Made by a program: the position numbers and the translations under genes. Of a DNA stretch of 64,000 bases, positions 37,220-47,337 are shown piece after piece. The stretch covers positions 25,048 through 89,047 of the forward strand of contig CAZSIF010000006.1 of assembly GCA_964607155.1 (NCBI GenBank). The letters run 5' to 3'. The notes under the pieces were generated by a model. It saw only the letters and a list, made by a program, of their open reading frames with translations. It was not told where the DNA came from and did not search any database. Positions within the stretch are counted from its first letter, which is position 1, and each line of letters opens with the position of its first letter. Origin of the DNA: an uncultured Oscillospiraceae bacterium. GTDB lineage: Bacteria; Bacillota; Clostridia; Christensenellales; CAG-314.

Positions 37220-37996
37220 ATGAGATTTGAAAATTATGCGGTAAGGCGCTTGGAAAACAAAGCCAACAATGGACAGATGTCCATCGAAACCTCGCCTGCG
37301 ACCTATGGCGGAATTGTCAAAAAAAGCCTTGTTTACGGCATAACCACGCTGATAGCGGCAATTGTATCCTACGTCATTATGACGCAGTCGGTGCTAAATC
37401 AAAATGCGGAAATGCTAAGTACCATGTTGCTTATCGCCTTTGGCACGGCGTTGCCGATGTTTATCGTGTCGCTCGTGATTGCTTTTGCACCAAGTACTGT
37501 TAAAGTAATGGGCATTGTGTACGCGCTGTTGCAGGGTATTTTGCTCGGCACGTTGGTTATGATTGTTGACCTCGCTTTGCCCGGAGTATCCATTGCGGCG
37601 GTTTTGGGAACGGGCATCGTGTTTGTTATTGCAGTTGCGCTCAACAAACTGTTGGAGGTGCGTGTTAGTAGCAAGCTTATGAAGGGCGTTATAATATCCT
37701 TTGTGAGTATAACCGTGCTTGCGGCCGTGATTGGCATTCTTTCCGCCTTTGAGATTGTTAGTTTTGGCGTGTATTGGTGGGTGGAACTGCTGGTTTCCGC
37801 CGTTTGCGTGATTATGGCAACAATTATGCTGCTTGGCGATTTGCAAAGCGCGGATAATATGGTGGCTTGCGGTGTGGATAGCAAATACGAGTGGAATGTT
37901 GCGTTTGCAATTGTTACAACGCTGATTTATATCTACATTGAAATTCTGGAGCTAATCATTCGCTTGGCTGCTATCTTTGGCAGAAACAGAGATTGA
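37220..37996 (+). CDS. Bax inhibitor-1/YccA family membrane protein
   Basis: A 258-aa protein with about 7 TM helices, a short polar N-terminus and a basic C-terminal tail (LAAIFGRNRD). I chose the ATG at 37220 after GGGAGG. Confidence 0.55.
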   Translation: MRFENYAVRRLENKANNGQMSIETSPATYGGIVKKSLVYGITTLIAAIVSYVIMTQSVLNQNAEMLSTMLLIAFGTALPMFIVSLVIAFAPSTVKVMGIVYALLQGILLGTLVMIVDLALPGVSIAAVLGTGIVFVIAVALNKLLEVRVSSKLMKGVIISFVSITVLAAVIGILSAFEIVSFGVYWWVELLVSAVCVIMATIMLLGDLQSADNMVACGVDSKYEWNVAFAIVTTLIYIYIEILELIIRLAAIFGRNRD

Positions 37997-38298
37997 TGAT
38001 TTTGCCAGAAACCCTGTGCATGTGCAATGCGGTAGCTTGCGACGGATAGCCTACTACCGTTCGCCAAGTTGCTGTGGCGTGGTTGTTTTGGGCTAATGAG
38101 CCATTTTGTTGTGTTTGGCGTGGTACTTTATGGTATTAAAAACTATTAAATGTTGCGTAAAACGCTACCGACAAACAAACCTTGTGCAAAAACGGTTGCG
38201 ACTTTTATGCGTTAATTTCGCACGTCGTTGTGTACTTAATGGGTATGTTGTTTGAACAAAACGTTATGTGGCGGAATACTTAGAACGGATTATGTGAA

Positions 38299-38355
38299 TA
38301 AAAAAAAGAGCTGTGAGCGGCATACCATAGTGCGGTAGGCGTAGCTTCACGGCTC
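38299..38355 (-). terminator. Intrinsic terminator of spoIIID
   Basis: GAGCCGTGAAGC ... GCTCACAGCTC imperfect stem, followed on the minus strand by T8. Confidence 0.55.
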
Positions 38356-38411
38356 CTTTTTGTTTGTTGACGTTCATACAAAGAACTTTTTGTGGTTGGT
38401 TGCGGTTTTGG

Positions 38412-38657
38412 CTATTGCTTAAATCTGCGTTTGGTTGCCAATCCGCCGCGCATATGTTTTTCACTGTTGTTTTGCACAAGTACAGTTTGTACCTGTGCGT
38501 ACTTGGCGTAGTCGATTTGTTTTAATCGTTCGGTCAAATCCTTGTGTGTTGTGGATTTTCCTACTTTGTAACGGCGGCAGGCGCATCTAACGGTGCAGTG
38601 TGTTTGCAGCACATAATCTGCCGTTTGTAAAACTCGCTCCGTAATGTATTGCTTCAA
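38412..38657 (-). CDS. spoIIID: Sporulation transcriptional regulator SpoIIID
   Basis: KQYITERVLQTADYVLQTHCTVR..C.RYKVGKSTTHKDLTERL....MRGGLATK matches SpoIIID (cf. YIKERT..IG.YIVE...TVR.IA..FGVSKSTVHKDLTERL). I chose the TTG start at 38657, 6 nt after GGAG. The ORF track extends to a GTG at 38705. Confidence 0.8.
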   Translation of the reverse strand: MKQYITERVLQTADYVLQTHCTVRCACRRYKVGKSTTHKDLTERLKQIDYAKYAQVQTVLVQNNSEKHMRGGLATKRRFKQ

Positions 38658-38789
38658 GCCCAGCTCCAAATCGATTTTGCTTCGATATATTATATTGCAC
38701 GGCACGGCAAATATTACGTTTTTTAGGCACGGTGCACGAAAGCATTTGTGCCATCGGCTTTGCAGCGAGCGTTTTTTGTGTGAGGTAAC

Positions 38790-39518
38790 TTATTCTTCTT
38801 TGGTGGGTTTTTCCCATAGATTGTAACGCTCGGGGTGCATGATGGCGTTTGCAAATCTTTGCGTAAGCCCGGGGTTATCCGCAGAAAGCGTTTTTAATAG
38901 TTGCTTCATGTATTCGCGTTGCGTGTGTTTGTTTGCCGGACACGGGTTGTGCACAACGGGCAAGCCTTGCGCAAAGCCGCTAATATCTCGCTCATCGATG
39001 TAAATCATCGGTCGGATAAGCGTCACGTTGCTACGCGACATGTACGACTTAGGTTGAAAGGTGTTCAATCTGCCCTCGTAAAAAAGGCTTAGCAAAAAGG
39101 TTTCCACAACGTCGTCGCGGTGGTGCCCCAGTGCAAGCTTGTTGTAGCCTTGTGCAATAATCTCGTTGTTGAGTGCGCCACGCCGCATTTTTGCGCATAG
39201 GCTACACGGATTTTTTTCCTTGCGTACGTCAAAAATAATTTCCGCAATGTCGGTTTTTACGACGTGATATTTAATATCTAACTTGGCGCAGTAATCGGCA
39301 ATTGGGGCGTAGGCATCTGGTATAAAGCCCATATCAATGGTGATACCCATCAGCTCAAACGGTTTGTCGCTAAAACGTTGAAAGGCTTTTAGCAGTGTTA
39401 GCAAAACAAGGCTATCTTTTCCGCCGGAAACTCCAACGGCAACCTTGTCGTTAGGGGCAAGCATATCAAAGTCGTTTATTGCTCGGCGCATTGGCGAAAG
39501 CAACTCTTGCGTGGTCAT
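38790..39518 (-). CDS. ttcA: PP-loop ATPase, tRNA 2-thiocytidine synthase TtcA-like
   Basis: PP-loop VGVSGGKDS and a CSLCAKMRRGAL motif. I chose the ATG at 39518 after GAGG; the upstream ORF extension has no homology-like features. Confidence 0.8.
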   Translation of the reverse strand: MTTQELLSPMRRAINDFDMLAPNDKVAVGVSGGKDSLVLLTLLKAFQRFSDKPFELMGITIDMGFIPDAYAPIADYCAKLDIKYHVVKTDIAEIIFDVRKEKNPCSLCAKMRRGALNNEIIAQGYNKLALGHHRDDVVETFLLSLFYEGRLNTFQPKSYMSRSNVTLIRPMIYIDERDISGFAQGLPVVHNPCPANKHTQREYMKQLLKTLSADNPGLTQRFANAIMHPERYNLWEKPTKEE

Positions 39519-39816
39519 TGTTGTACCTCGTAGTTGTAGTGCCGATTGCTCGGTCGCTAATATTGTATTGCAGTTTTGTGTTTTTTTCAAGCGTTTCTCT
39601 GCAAAATCAGTTGCTTTTGTTGCAATAAATGCGGATTTCGTATATAATATTATTCGTAGAAATTTGCGTTGCAAATTTGTTTGCGGTAATGTGATGCTTA
39701 ATTGTGGCACTGCGTTGTCAACGTGCGTTGAGCTTTGCGGTTGCTTTGCATAGCATTATTCGATTTATTACAAACTAACGAAAAGAATGTGCGCTTTTGC
39801 GCCAAGAGGTGTAATT

Positions 39817-42126
39817 TTGTCTACTTACAACAATTTGCCCGTGCTTGCAATGCGGGGTAATTTTTTCTTTCCGAATATCAAGGCAAAAATAGAGGTGGCT
39901 CGCACAGTTTCGCGCAATGCCATCAAGTTTGCTATGGAAAATGGCGGCAAGTTTTTGATGCTCAGTCAAAAAGAACCGTCCGCATCGGATGTGATGGAAC
40001 AGTCCGATTTGTATTCTGTCGGCGTAGTATCGGAAGTGGTTTCCGTTCAGGGGGTAACGTCCGACTCGATGAATTTGGTCGTGCGCACGTTAGAGGCGGC
40101 GTCGATTACTAAGCTGACAATTTCAAGTAATATTATCTTTGCCGATTGCGATGCGCTCAATTATATCTGCAAAAACGATGGCGAAATGTTTGCGTTGTAT
40201 AATGTGGCATTAAAGCTTATCGACAAGCTTCGTCCGGACGATCCTGCTGCAAAAAGCTTTAAGACGGATACTTTTGCCACGCCGCAAGGAACGGATTACC
40301 TTGCTTTTTCAAACGTGGCAGCCAACGAGCTTGTTATCACCTTGCCGGAACGCCAATCGTTGTTGGAAGAAACGGACGTTGCATTGCGTATTGAAAAGCT
40401 TTGCGCTTATTTGCAAGGCAAGTTGGATTTGATTGCGGCGGAAAAGCGTATTGCAAACCGTGTTAAAAAACAGGTGGCGGACGGACAAAAGGAATACTAT
40501 TTGCGTGAGCAAATGAAGGCGATTTCTGCCGAGCTTGGCGACGACGCTAACGAAAAGCAGGAGTATTTGGATAAAATTAAAAGTTGCGGCATGCCCGACG
40601 AAGTGGCGTCAAAGGCAAAAAAAGAGCTTTCACGTTTGTCTAAAATGGCGCCGACTTCGCCCGATGCGGCTGTTATACGCAACTATCTTGATTGGCTTTG
40701 CGATGTGCCTTGGAAAACGGAAACGGAAGATAACAAGGACCTTGACTTGGCTCGCTGCATTTTGGACGAGGATCACTACGGACTGGAAAAAATCAAGGAC
40801 AGAATTGTGGAGTATCTTGCCGTTATGCAGTTGACAGGCAAGCTTAACGGGCCTATTTTGTGCTTTGTTGGTCCTCCGGGGGTGGGCAAAACGTCTATCG
40901 TAAAAAGCATTGCACGAGCGTTGGGGCGTAAATACGTCCGCATGAGTTTGGGCGGCGTTAGGGACGAGGCGGAAATTCGTGGTCATCGTCGCACTTACGT
41001 CGGCGCAATCCCCGGAAAAATTGTGTATATGATGAAGCAAGCGCAGTGCGTAAACCCCGTGTTGCTTTTGGACGAAATTGACAAGATGGGCAAGGATAAC
41101 AGGGGCGATCCGGCAAGCGCAATGCTTGAAGTATTAGATCCGGAACAGAATTTTAGCTTTACCGACCATTATCTGGAAGTGCCGTATGATTTGTCGAAAG
41201 TATTGTTCGTGTGTACCGCAAATGCTACGGACGATATCCCCGAGCCGCTTTTGGACAGAATGGAACTTATTGAGCTATCCGGCTATACCGAGCCTGAAAA
41301 GGTGGAAATTGCAAATAAGTTTTTACTCAAAAAGAACCTTGTTTTGCACGGTATAAAGGATGGCGTGGTGCAAATATCTGACGAAACATACGCCAAGATT
41401 ATTGAACGCTACACAAGTGAATCGGGCGTGAGAGGTCTGGAGCGTGAAATTGCAACCATTTGCCGTAAGGCGGCGTTGCGATTGGTTAAAAATCCCGATG
41501 AAAAATTGGTTGTTACTACCGAAAATTTGCACGAATTTTTGGGCGCGGAAAAGCGCAAGGATGAGCAAGGCGTTACGCCTGCGTCCGTTGGCTCGGCTCG
41601 TGGTTTGGCATGGACGCGCGTTGGTGGCGTTACCCTTAATGTGGATGCGACTTTGTTTTCCGGCAAGGGAGAAGTACTTTTGACGGGTAAACTTGGCGAC
41701 GTGATGAAGGAATCTGCTCGCACTGCGATATCGTTGGTGCGCAGCTATGCCGAGCAATACGGTATTGATCCGTCACGTTTTGAAAAGACCGATATCCACA
41801 TTCACGTTCCGGAAGGAGCTGTGCCCAAGGACGGACCTTCGGCTGGCGTTACAATGGCAACGGTTATTATGTCTGCATTTACGGGCATTCCTGTTCGTGG
41901 CGACGTGGCTATGACGGGCGAAATAACATTGCGTGGCAAAGTGTTGCCCATCGGAGGCTTGCGAGAAAAGGCGTTGGCTGCTTATCGTGTTGGTATCCGC
42001 AACGTTATTATGCCAAAGGATAATGTTACCGATTTGGAGGATATCCCAGCCGAAATACGCGAAAAAATTAAGTTCATCCCCGTGGAAACAGTCGAAGAAG
42101 TTTTTGCAAATGCGCTTGCAAAATAA
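39817..42126 (+). CDS. lon: ATP-dependent Lon protease (LonA)
   Basis: N-terminal LON domain ([13 protein letters not shown]), Walker [10 protein letters not shown] and a protease Ser motif PKDGPSAG. I chose the TTG at 39817 after AAGAGGTG; 39787 is an alternative. Confidence 0.9.
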   Translation: MSTYNNLPVLAMRGNFFFPNIKAKIEVARTVSRNAIKFAMENGGKFLMLSQKEPSASDVMEQSDLYSVGVVSEVVSVQGVTSDSMNLVVRTLEAASITKLTISSNIIFADCDALNYICKNDGEMFALYNVALKLIDKLRPDDPAAKSFKTDTFATPQGTDYLAFSNVAANELVITLPERQSLLEETDVALRIEKLCAYLQGKLDLIAAEKRIANRVKKQVADGQKEYYLREQMKAISAELGDDANEKQEYLDKIKSCGMPDEVASKAKKELSRLSKMAPTSPDAAVIRNYLDWLCDVPWKTETEDNKDLDLARCILDEDHYGLEKIKDRIVEYLAVMQLTGKLNGPILCFVGPPGVGKTSIVKSIARALGRKYVRMSLGGVRDEAEIRGHRRTYVGAIPGKIVYMMKQAQCVNPVLLLDEIDKMGKDNRGDPASAMLEVLDPEQNFSFTDHYLEVPYDLSKVLFVCTANATDDIPEPLLDRMELIELSGYTEPEKVEIANKFLLKKNLVLHGIKDGVVQISDETYAKIIERYTSESGVRGLEREIATICRKAALRLVKNPDEKLVVTTENLHEFLGAEKRKDEQGVTPASVGSARGLAWTRVGGVTLNVDATLFSGKGEVLLTGKLGDVMKESARTAISLVRSYAEQYGIDPSRFEKTDIHIHVPEGAVPKDGPSAGVTMATVIMSAFTGIPVRGDVAMTGEITLRGKVLPIGGLREKALAAYRVGIRNVIMPKDNVTDLEDIPAEIREKIKFIPVETVEEVFANALAK

Positions 42127-42311
42127 TTATGTTTGTTGCGTGGGCGCGTTTTGGCAGAGGTTGCAAAACGGTCGCTGTGATACAAAAGTTGAACTAATTG
42201 TGTGCATGCACGCAAATGGCTGTGTTGCTTATTGTAAGTTATTGCAATATGGCGCATGGAGTGCGTTGCACACAACCGAGCATAAGATAAAAGCTTTGAG
42301 GAGCGGTGCAA

Positions 42312-42929
42312 ATGGTTATCAAAAAATCTTCATATGTAAAGGGAGCGGCGCAGTACGGGCAGTGTATCGTATCGGATTTGCCTCAAATTGCCGTTGCCGG
42401 TAAGTCTAACGTAGGTAAAAGCAGTTTTATCAATTACTTGGTAAACGATAGCAAACTTGCACGCACTTCAAAACTCCCCGGAAGAACAAGGCTTATCAAC
42501 TTCTTTTTGATAAATCAGGATATGCCTGACCAGTTTTTGCTTGCGGATTTGCCCGGTTACGGCTTTGCAAAAGTATCCGACGCCGAAAAACTGAAATGGG
42601 CTGATTTGTTGGAAAAGTATCTTGCAAACGAAACCAAGTTGACGCACGTTTTCTTTTTGGTAGATATTCGGCACGATCCCACGGCGGACGACGTTACTAT
42701 GTACAATTACCTGTTCAAAAACAACGTTCCGTACACAATCGTAGCAACCAAGGCGGATAAAATTTCCAAAAGTCAAGTTAAAAACCGTTTGCGTAGCATT
42801 GCCGCATATCTCAAAGTGGGCGAAGCAAACCTGATAGCGGTGTCCTCTACGGCAAAAACCGGCAAAGATGCCGTTCTTGACCGAATAGGCAAGGTGCTGG
42901 ACGCTTACTATCACCCAATAGTCGATTAA
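42312..42929 (+). CDS. engB: Ribosome biogenesis GTPase EngB/YsxC
   Basis: G1 motif GKSNVGKSSFIN, plus DLPGYG and TKADK motifs. It directly follows lon, as in Bacillus lonA-ysxC. Confidence 0.9.
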   Translation: MVIKKSSYVKGAAQYGQCIVSDLPQIAVAGKSNVGKSSFINYLVNDSKLARTSKLPGRTRLINFFLINQDMPDQFLLADLPGYGFAKVSDAEKLKWADLLEKYLANETKLTHVFFLVDIRHDPTADDVTMYNYLFKNNVPYTIVATKADKISKSQVKNRLRSIAAYLKVGEANLIAVSSTAKTGKDAVLDRIGKVLDAYYHPIVD

Positions 42930-43465
42930 CATTGCGACGAGCTTTCTTGTTGAAGGCTCGCCGTTTTTTTGCATTAAAGGAGTGTGGCAACACAGGGGAG
43001 AACAACGTGGCTTTGCGCGTTTGGTATGCTTAAAAAAGCGATTTTATTGTGAAGTGTAGAGAATTTGTCGGTTTTGCAGAATACTATTACAATCATAGTT
43101 TATTTGACGGCACAAAAAACTTGTGAATTTAGAAAATTTATTCTAAATCGTGCAAAAAACTCTGTGGTATACGTTTGTTTTTTTTTATTTATTGTGATAA
43201 TATATATGTAGGTCGTATCACGATAAAACAACCCAATCACAAAAGGGCTACTTTGTTTTGCCGATATGCAAAATTTGGTGGTGTGGTGCTGACGGTGATT
43301 GCGGTTCGTTTTTGGCGGAGCGATACTATTCTTTTTTATCTTTTTACCGCAAAAAAGGTGTTCGTACCGAAGTTTAAGGCTGTTATGAGGATGCACTCGG
43401 CAACGCCTGTAGCGTTGTGCGCATGGGGGCTTGGCGGCTACTCGGCAACGAAGTTGAGGTTTTTT

Positions 43466-44134
43466 ATGGTAAACAATAAAGCTAAGCAGGTGGCAAGATA
43501 TGCCATTATGTTTGCGATAATTTTTGTCGCAATGATGATAGATAAAGCTATCAGCATTTTGCCAATCAGCTTTTCAATGGCTGCATGCGTTTTGCTGGTT
43601 ACTTTATCTTTTTGTTTTTTGGATAACAGCTGGAAAACTGGCGTTTTATCGGGGCTGTTTTTTGGAATTGCAAGCTTTCTCAAAGAGTTTATTATTCCAA
43701 GCCTATCTGTTGGGCAGGCGTTTCCGCCGCAGTATTGGCTATTGATAACTATACCGTCGCGCGTGTTGATGTCCACAGCGGCATTTGCTGCTTATAGGCT
43801 TATGCTTGTGCTAACAAGGCAAATGCAAAATGCGCGTCGTCGTCAGATAGTTTGCCTAACGGTGGGCACACTGGTTGGTTTGGTTGTCAATACGCTGGCT
43901 TTTATCTCGTCGCTTGAGTTGTGCCGTTCAATCTATACTGCGGCGCACGGTGTTTCGGAAGCAACGCAAAACAAGGGCGTATTCGCGCTTATATATGCAA
44001 GTCTTGTTACAAATATTATTCCTGAGTACCTTATCAGTCTTATCTGCGTGCCATTTGTAGTTTTGGGCGTTAGGCGTGGATTACATATGAATATCACGCA
44101 TAACGGCGGCGGTTCTGCGCAGTCGGCAGAGTAG
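43466..44134 (+). CDS. Polytopic membrane protein, possibly an ECF-type substrate-capture (S) component
   Basis: A 222-aa protein with about 6 TM helices. I chose the ATG at 43466. It lies next to coaX; the S-component idea is context-based only. Confidence 0.4.
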   Translation: MVNNKAKQVARYAIMFAIIFVAMMIDKAISILPISFSMAACVLLVTLSFCFLDNSWKTGVLSGLFFGIASFLKEFIIPSLSVGQAFPPQYWLLITIPSRVLMSTAAFAAYRLMLVLTRQMQNARRRQIVCLTVGTLVGLVVNTLAFISSLELCRSIYTAAHGVSEATQNKGVFALIYASLVTNIIPEYLISLICVPFVVLGVRRGLHMNITHNGGGSAQSAE

Positions 44135-44425
44135 GACTATAAATTATCCAATGTGTGATGCTGTGGCAAAACGCAATGCTTGCAATGACAAGGCTATATC
44201 GTGAGCTTTCGAACAAGGTAGCTTTGCGTGGTTTATGCAATAAGCTTACGCTTGGTTGCAATGATTGGCGTTAATATCAAATTTAGTATGAAAGTGTAAT
44301 TTTTGCCGTGATTTTTGCAGCATTATACACGAAAGCTTGAACGATACATGCGTTTTCTGTCAATGGGTTTTGGGAAAATGTATTATTGTAAAAAATTTTG
44401 TGAATAAACAATCGGAGTACTACAA

Positions 44426-45196
44426 ATGATTTTTACTGTGGATATAGGTAACACAAATATCAAAATCGGTTTATTTGAAAAAAACGGACAGCTTGCGCAT
44501 TCCTTCAAAATGAGTACCGCTGTCAAGCGCACCTCGGATGAGTATGTTGCGTTGCTGTTGCAACTTTTATCGCATGCAAAAATTGACGAAAAATCCGTTA
44601 CGGGTGCAATCGTGTCGTCGGTTATTCCGCAATTAGACTACACTTTTACCAACGTGATTAACTACGTTTTCGGAGTGAAGCCGTTGGTTGTGGGCGTCGG
44701 CGTAAAAACCGGTTTGGCAATCAGATACGACTTCCCTCGTGAACTGGGCAGCGACCGTATTATTACCTGCGTTGCGGCGGAAAAACGCTATGGCGCACCC
44801 TTTATTCTTGTGGACTTTGGCACTGCAACTACTTTTAACGTTGTAAACGAACGCAAGGAGTTTATCGGCGGTGCAATTACGCTGGGCATTAAATCCACAG
44901 TGGAAAGTCTTGCCGGTTGTACGGCAAAGTTGCCAAACGTGGAGCTGGAAACGCCGCAAAAAGTTGTGGCTCAATCTACCGGCAAGGCAATACAAAGCGG
45001 TGTAATCTACGGCGCAGTGGGGCAAGTTAAGTATATGTTGGATCGCATCCGTCGAGAAACCGGCTTGACTGATGCCAAGGTTATTGCCACCGGCGGCTTG
45101 TCGCAAATCGTTTACGACGTTGAACCTATCTTCGACCACGTTGATAGGGAGCTGTCGTTAAAGGGATTGTACGAAATATACAAGCTCAATTCCTAA
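44426..45196 (+). CDS. coaX: Type III pantothenate kinase
   Basis: MIFTVDIGNTNIKIGLF... and the VDFGTATTF motif are typical of CoaX. Confidence 0.9.
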   Translation: MIFTVDIGNTNIKIGLFEKNGQLAHSFKMSTAVKRTSDEYVALLLQLLSHAKIDEKSVTGAIVSSVIPQLDYTFTNVINYVFGVKPLVVGVGVKTGLAIRYDFPRELGSDRIITCVAAEKRYGAPFILVDFGTATTFNVVNERKEFIGGAITLGIKSTVESLAGCTAKLPNVELETPQKVVAQSTGKAIQSGVIYGAVGQVKYMLDRIRRETGLTDAKVIATGGLSQIVYDVEPIFDHVDRELSLKGLYEIYKLNS

Positions 45197-45294
45197 CGGT
45201 GGACGATGTTGTTGTTAACAGGCACGGTTAAGTTGGCAATAACATAACGCACAAACCCTTTTATTAGTTTATTTGATTGATTTTTTGACTGATT

Positions 45295-47262
45295 ATGGAA
45301 CAAAAATTTATTTTACACTCCAAATACAAGCCGTGCGGAGATCAGCCGCAGGCAATAGCCGAGCTTACGCAGGGCGTGCGTGACGGACTTGCCACGCAGG
45401 TGTTGCGTGGTGTTACGGGTAGCGGAAAAACCTTTACCATGGCAAATATTATTGCCAACGTAAATCGTCCTGCGCTTATTATTTGCCACAACAAAACATT
45501 GGCGGCGCAGCTTTGCAACGAGTTTAGGGAGTTTTTCCCCGAAAACAGAGTGGAGTTTTTTGTTTCGTACTACGATTATTACATGCCGGAAAGCTACATT
45601 CCATCTCGTGATTTGTACATCGAAAAGGAAATCGACATCAACGACGAGATAGATAAGTTGCGGCACTCCGCCACATGCTCGCTTTTTGAGCGGCGTGATA
45701 CCATTGTGGTTGCAAGCGTTTCGTGCATATACGGTTTGGGTGCACCGGGAGAGTACTACAAAATGAGTTTGTCGCTACGTCCCGGGGATACTGTTTCGCC
45801 GAGCGAGGTTATAAAAAAACTTGTTTCGATACAGTATCAGCGGAACGATATGGATTTCCATCGTGGCACATTCAGGGTGCGTGGCGATATTATCGAAATT
45901 TATCCTGCGTCCTACTCCGAGCATGCCATTCGCGTTTCCTTTTGGGGGGATGAGGTAGAGGCAGTTTCCGAAATCGACGTGATGACGGGCAGCACTGTTG
46001 CAAAGCTTTTGCATACCATTATATTCCCTGCAAGCCACTATGTGGTGGAGGGCGTAACGATGGAATCGGCAATACAAAATATCAAGCGTGATATGGAGGA
46101 GCAGTCGCAAGACTTTATCGACGCGGGTAAGATTGTTGAAGGACAACGCCTTAAACAGCGTGTGAGCTACGATATGGAAATGCTGCAAGAAGTCGGTTAT
46201 TGCAGCGGTATAGAAAATTACAGCAGATATTTTGACGGCAGAGTTCCCGGACAGCCCCCGTACACGCTTATCGATTATTTCCCCGATGATTTTTTGACCT
46301 TTATTGACGAAAGCCACATGACGATACCGCAAATACGCGGTATGTACAACGGCGACCGTGCACGCAAAGGCAATCTTGTGGGATATGGTTTTCGCCTTAA
46401 AAGTTCGTACGACAACCGTCCGTTGACATTTGACGAATTTGATAGTCGTATCGGACAACTTATTTGCGTATCGGCTACTCCTGCGGAGTACGAGTTGAAC
46501 AGGGCAGATAACGTTGCCGAACAACTTATTCGTCCTACCGGATTGTTAGATCCGAGCGTTGAAGTTCGTCCTGTGGACGGGCAAATTGACGACCTTATGG
46601 GGGAAATCCAACAGGTTGTTTGTGGTGGAGGCAGGGTGTTGGTTACAACGCTTACCAAACGCATGGCGGAAAGTCTTACCGATTTTTTGGCAAAGCACGA
46701 TATCAAGGTTAGATATATGCATTCCGAAATCGACACGTTGGAGCGTGTGGAAATTGTCAGTGGACTTAAAAAGGGCGAGTTTGACGTGCTTGTGGGCATA
46801 AACTTGTTGCGTGAGGGGTTGGATATGCCGCAAGTTAAGCTTGTTGCAATACTCGACGCCGATAAGGAAGGTTTTTTGCGTAGCGACACTGCGCTTATCC
46901 AAACAATAGGGCGTGCCGCGCGTAACAGCGAAGGTAGGGTGATAATGTATGCCGATGTTATCACGGACAGTATGAAGCGTGCCATCGACGAAACCAATCG
47001 CCGCAGAAGTATCCAAAACGAATACAATTTGCAGCACGGAATTACGCCCAAAACAATTACGCACGAGGTGGAAAATACGCTTGAAATTACAAAAAAGGGC
47101 AGTGCGGCTTTATCTCTTGGCGAATTGGAAAAGGAAATTGCTGCCGTAACGGCTTGTATGAAAACTGCGGCAAATCAGTTGGACTTTGAAAAAGCAATTG
47201 AGTTGAGAGAGCAACTTTCTTGCTTGACAAAGCAGTTGGAAAAAATCAAGCGAAAAAAATAA
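45295..47262 (+). CDS. uvrB: Excinuclease ABC subunit B
   Basis: GVTGSGKTFTMA Walker A, a beta-hairpin region, helicase motifs and a C-terminal UVR domain (LDFEKAIELREQL). Confidence 0.97.
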   Translation: MEQKFILHSKYKPCGDQPQAIAELTQGVRDGLATQVLRGVTGSGKTFTMANIIANVNRPALIICHNKTLAAQLCNEFREFFPENRVEFFVSYYDYYMPESYIPSRDLYIEKEIDINDEIDKLRHSATCSLFERRDTIVVASVSCIYGLGAPGEYYKMSLSLRPGDTVSPSEVIKKLVSIQYQRNDMDFHRGTFRVRGDIIEIYPASYSEHAIRVSFWGDEVEAVSEIDVMTGSTVAKLLHTIIFPASHYVVEGVTMESAIQNIKRDMEEQSQDFIDAGKIVEGQRLKQRVSYDMEMLQEVGYCSGIENYSRYFDGRVPGQPPYTLIDYFPDDFLTFIDESHMTIPQIRGMYNGDRARKGNLVGYGFRLKSSYDNRPLTFDEFDSRIGQLICVSATPAEYELNRADNVAEQLIRPTGLLDPSVEVRPVDGQIDDLMGEIQQVVCGGGRVLVTTLTKRMAESLTDFLAKHDIKVRYMHSEIDTLERVEIVSGLKKGEFDVLVGINLLREGLDMPQVKLVAILDADKEGFLRSDTALIQTIGRAARNSEGRVIMYADVITDSMKRAIDETNRRRSIQNEYNLQHGITPKTITHEVENTLEITKKGSAALSLGELEKEIAAVTACMKTAANQLDFEKAIELREQLSCLTKQLEKIKRKK

Positions 47263-47337
47263 TGTTAGACGTGCAATGTGCAATGCGGTCAACAATCACA
47301 TTGTACAATGCTAAATTGCAAGATATTATCGAGTAAT

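Noticed and set aside
43175-43465. N-terminal 97-aa extension of the ORF 43175..44134.
   Set aside because: The extension has no RBS and an odd composition, and it overlaps promoter-like and leader elements. The hydrophobic protein begins cleanly at the ATG at 43466.
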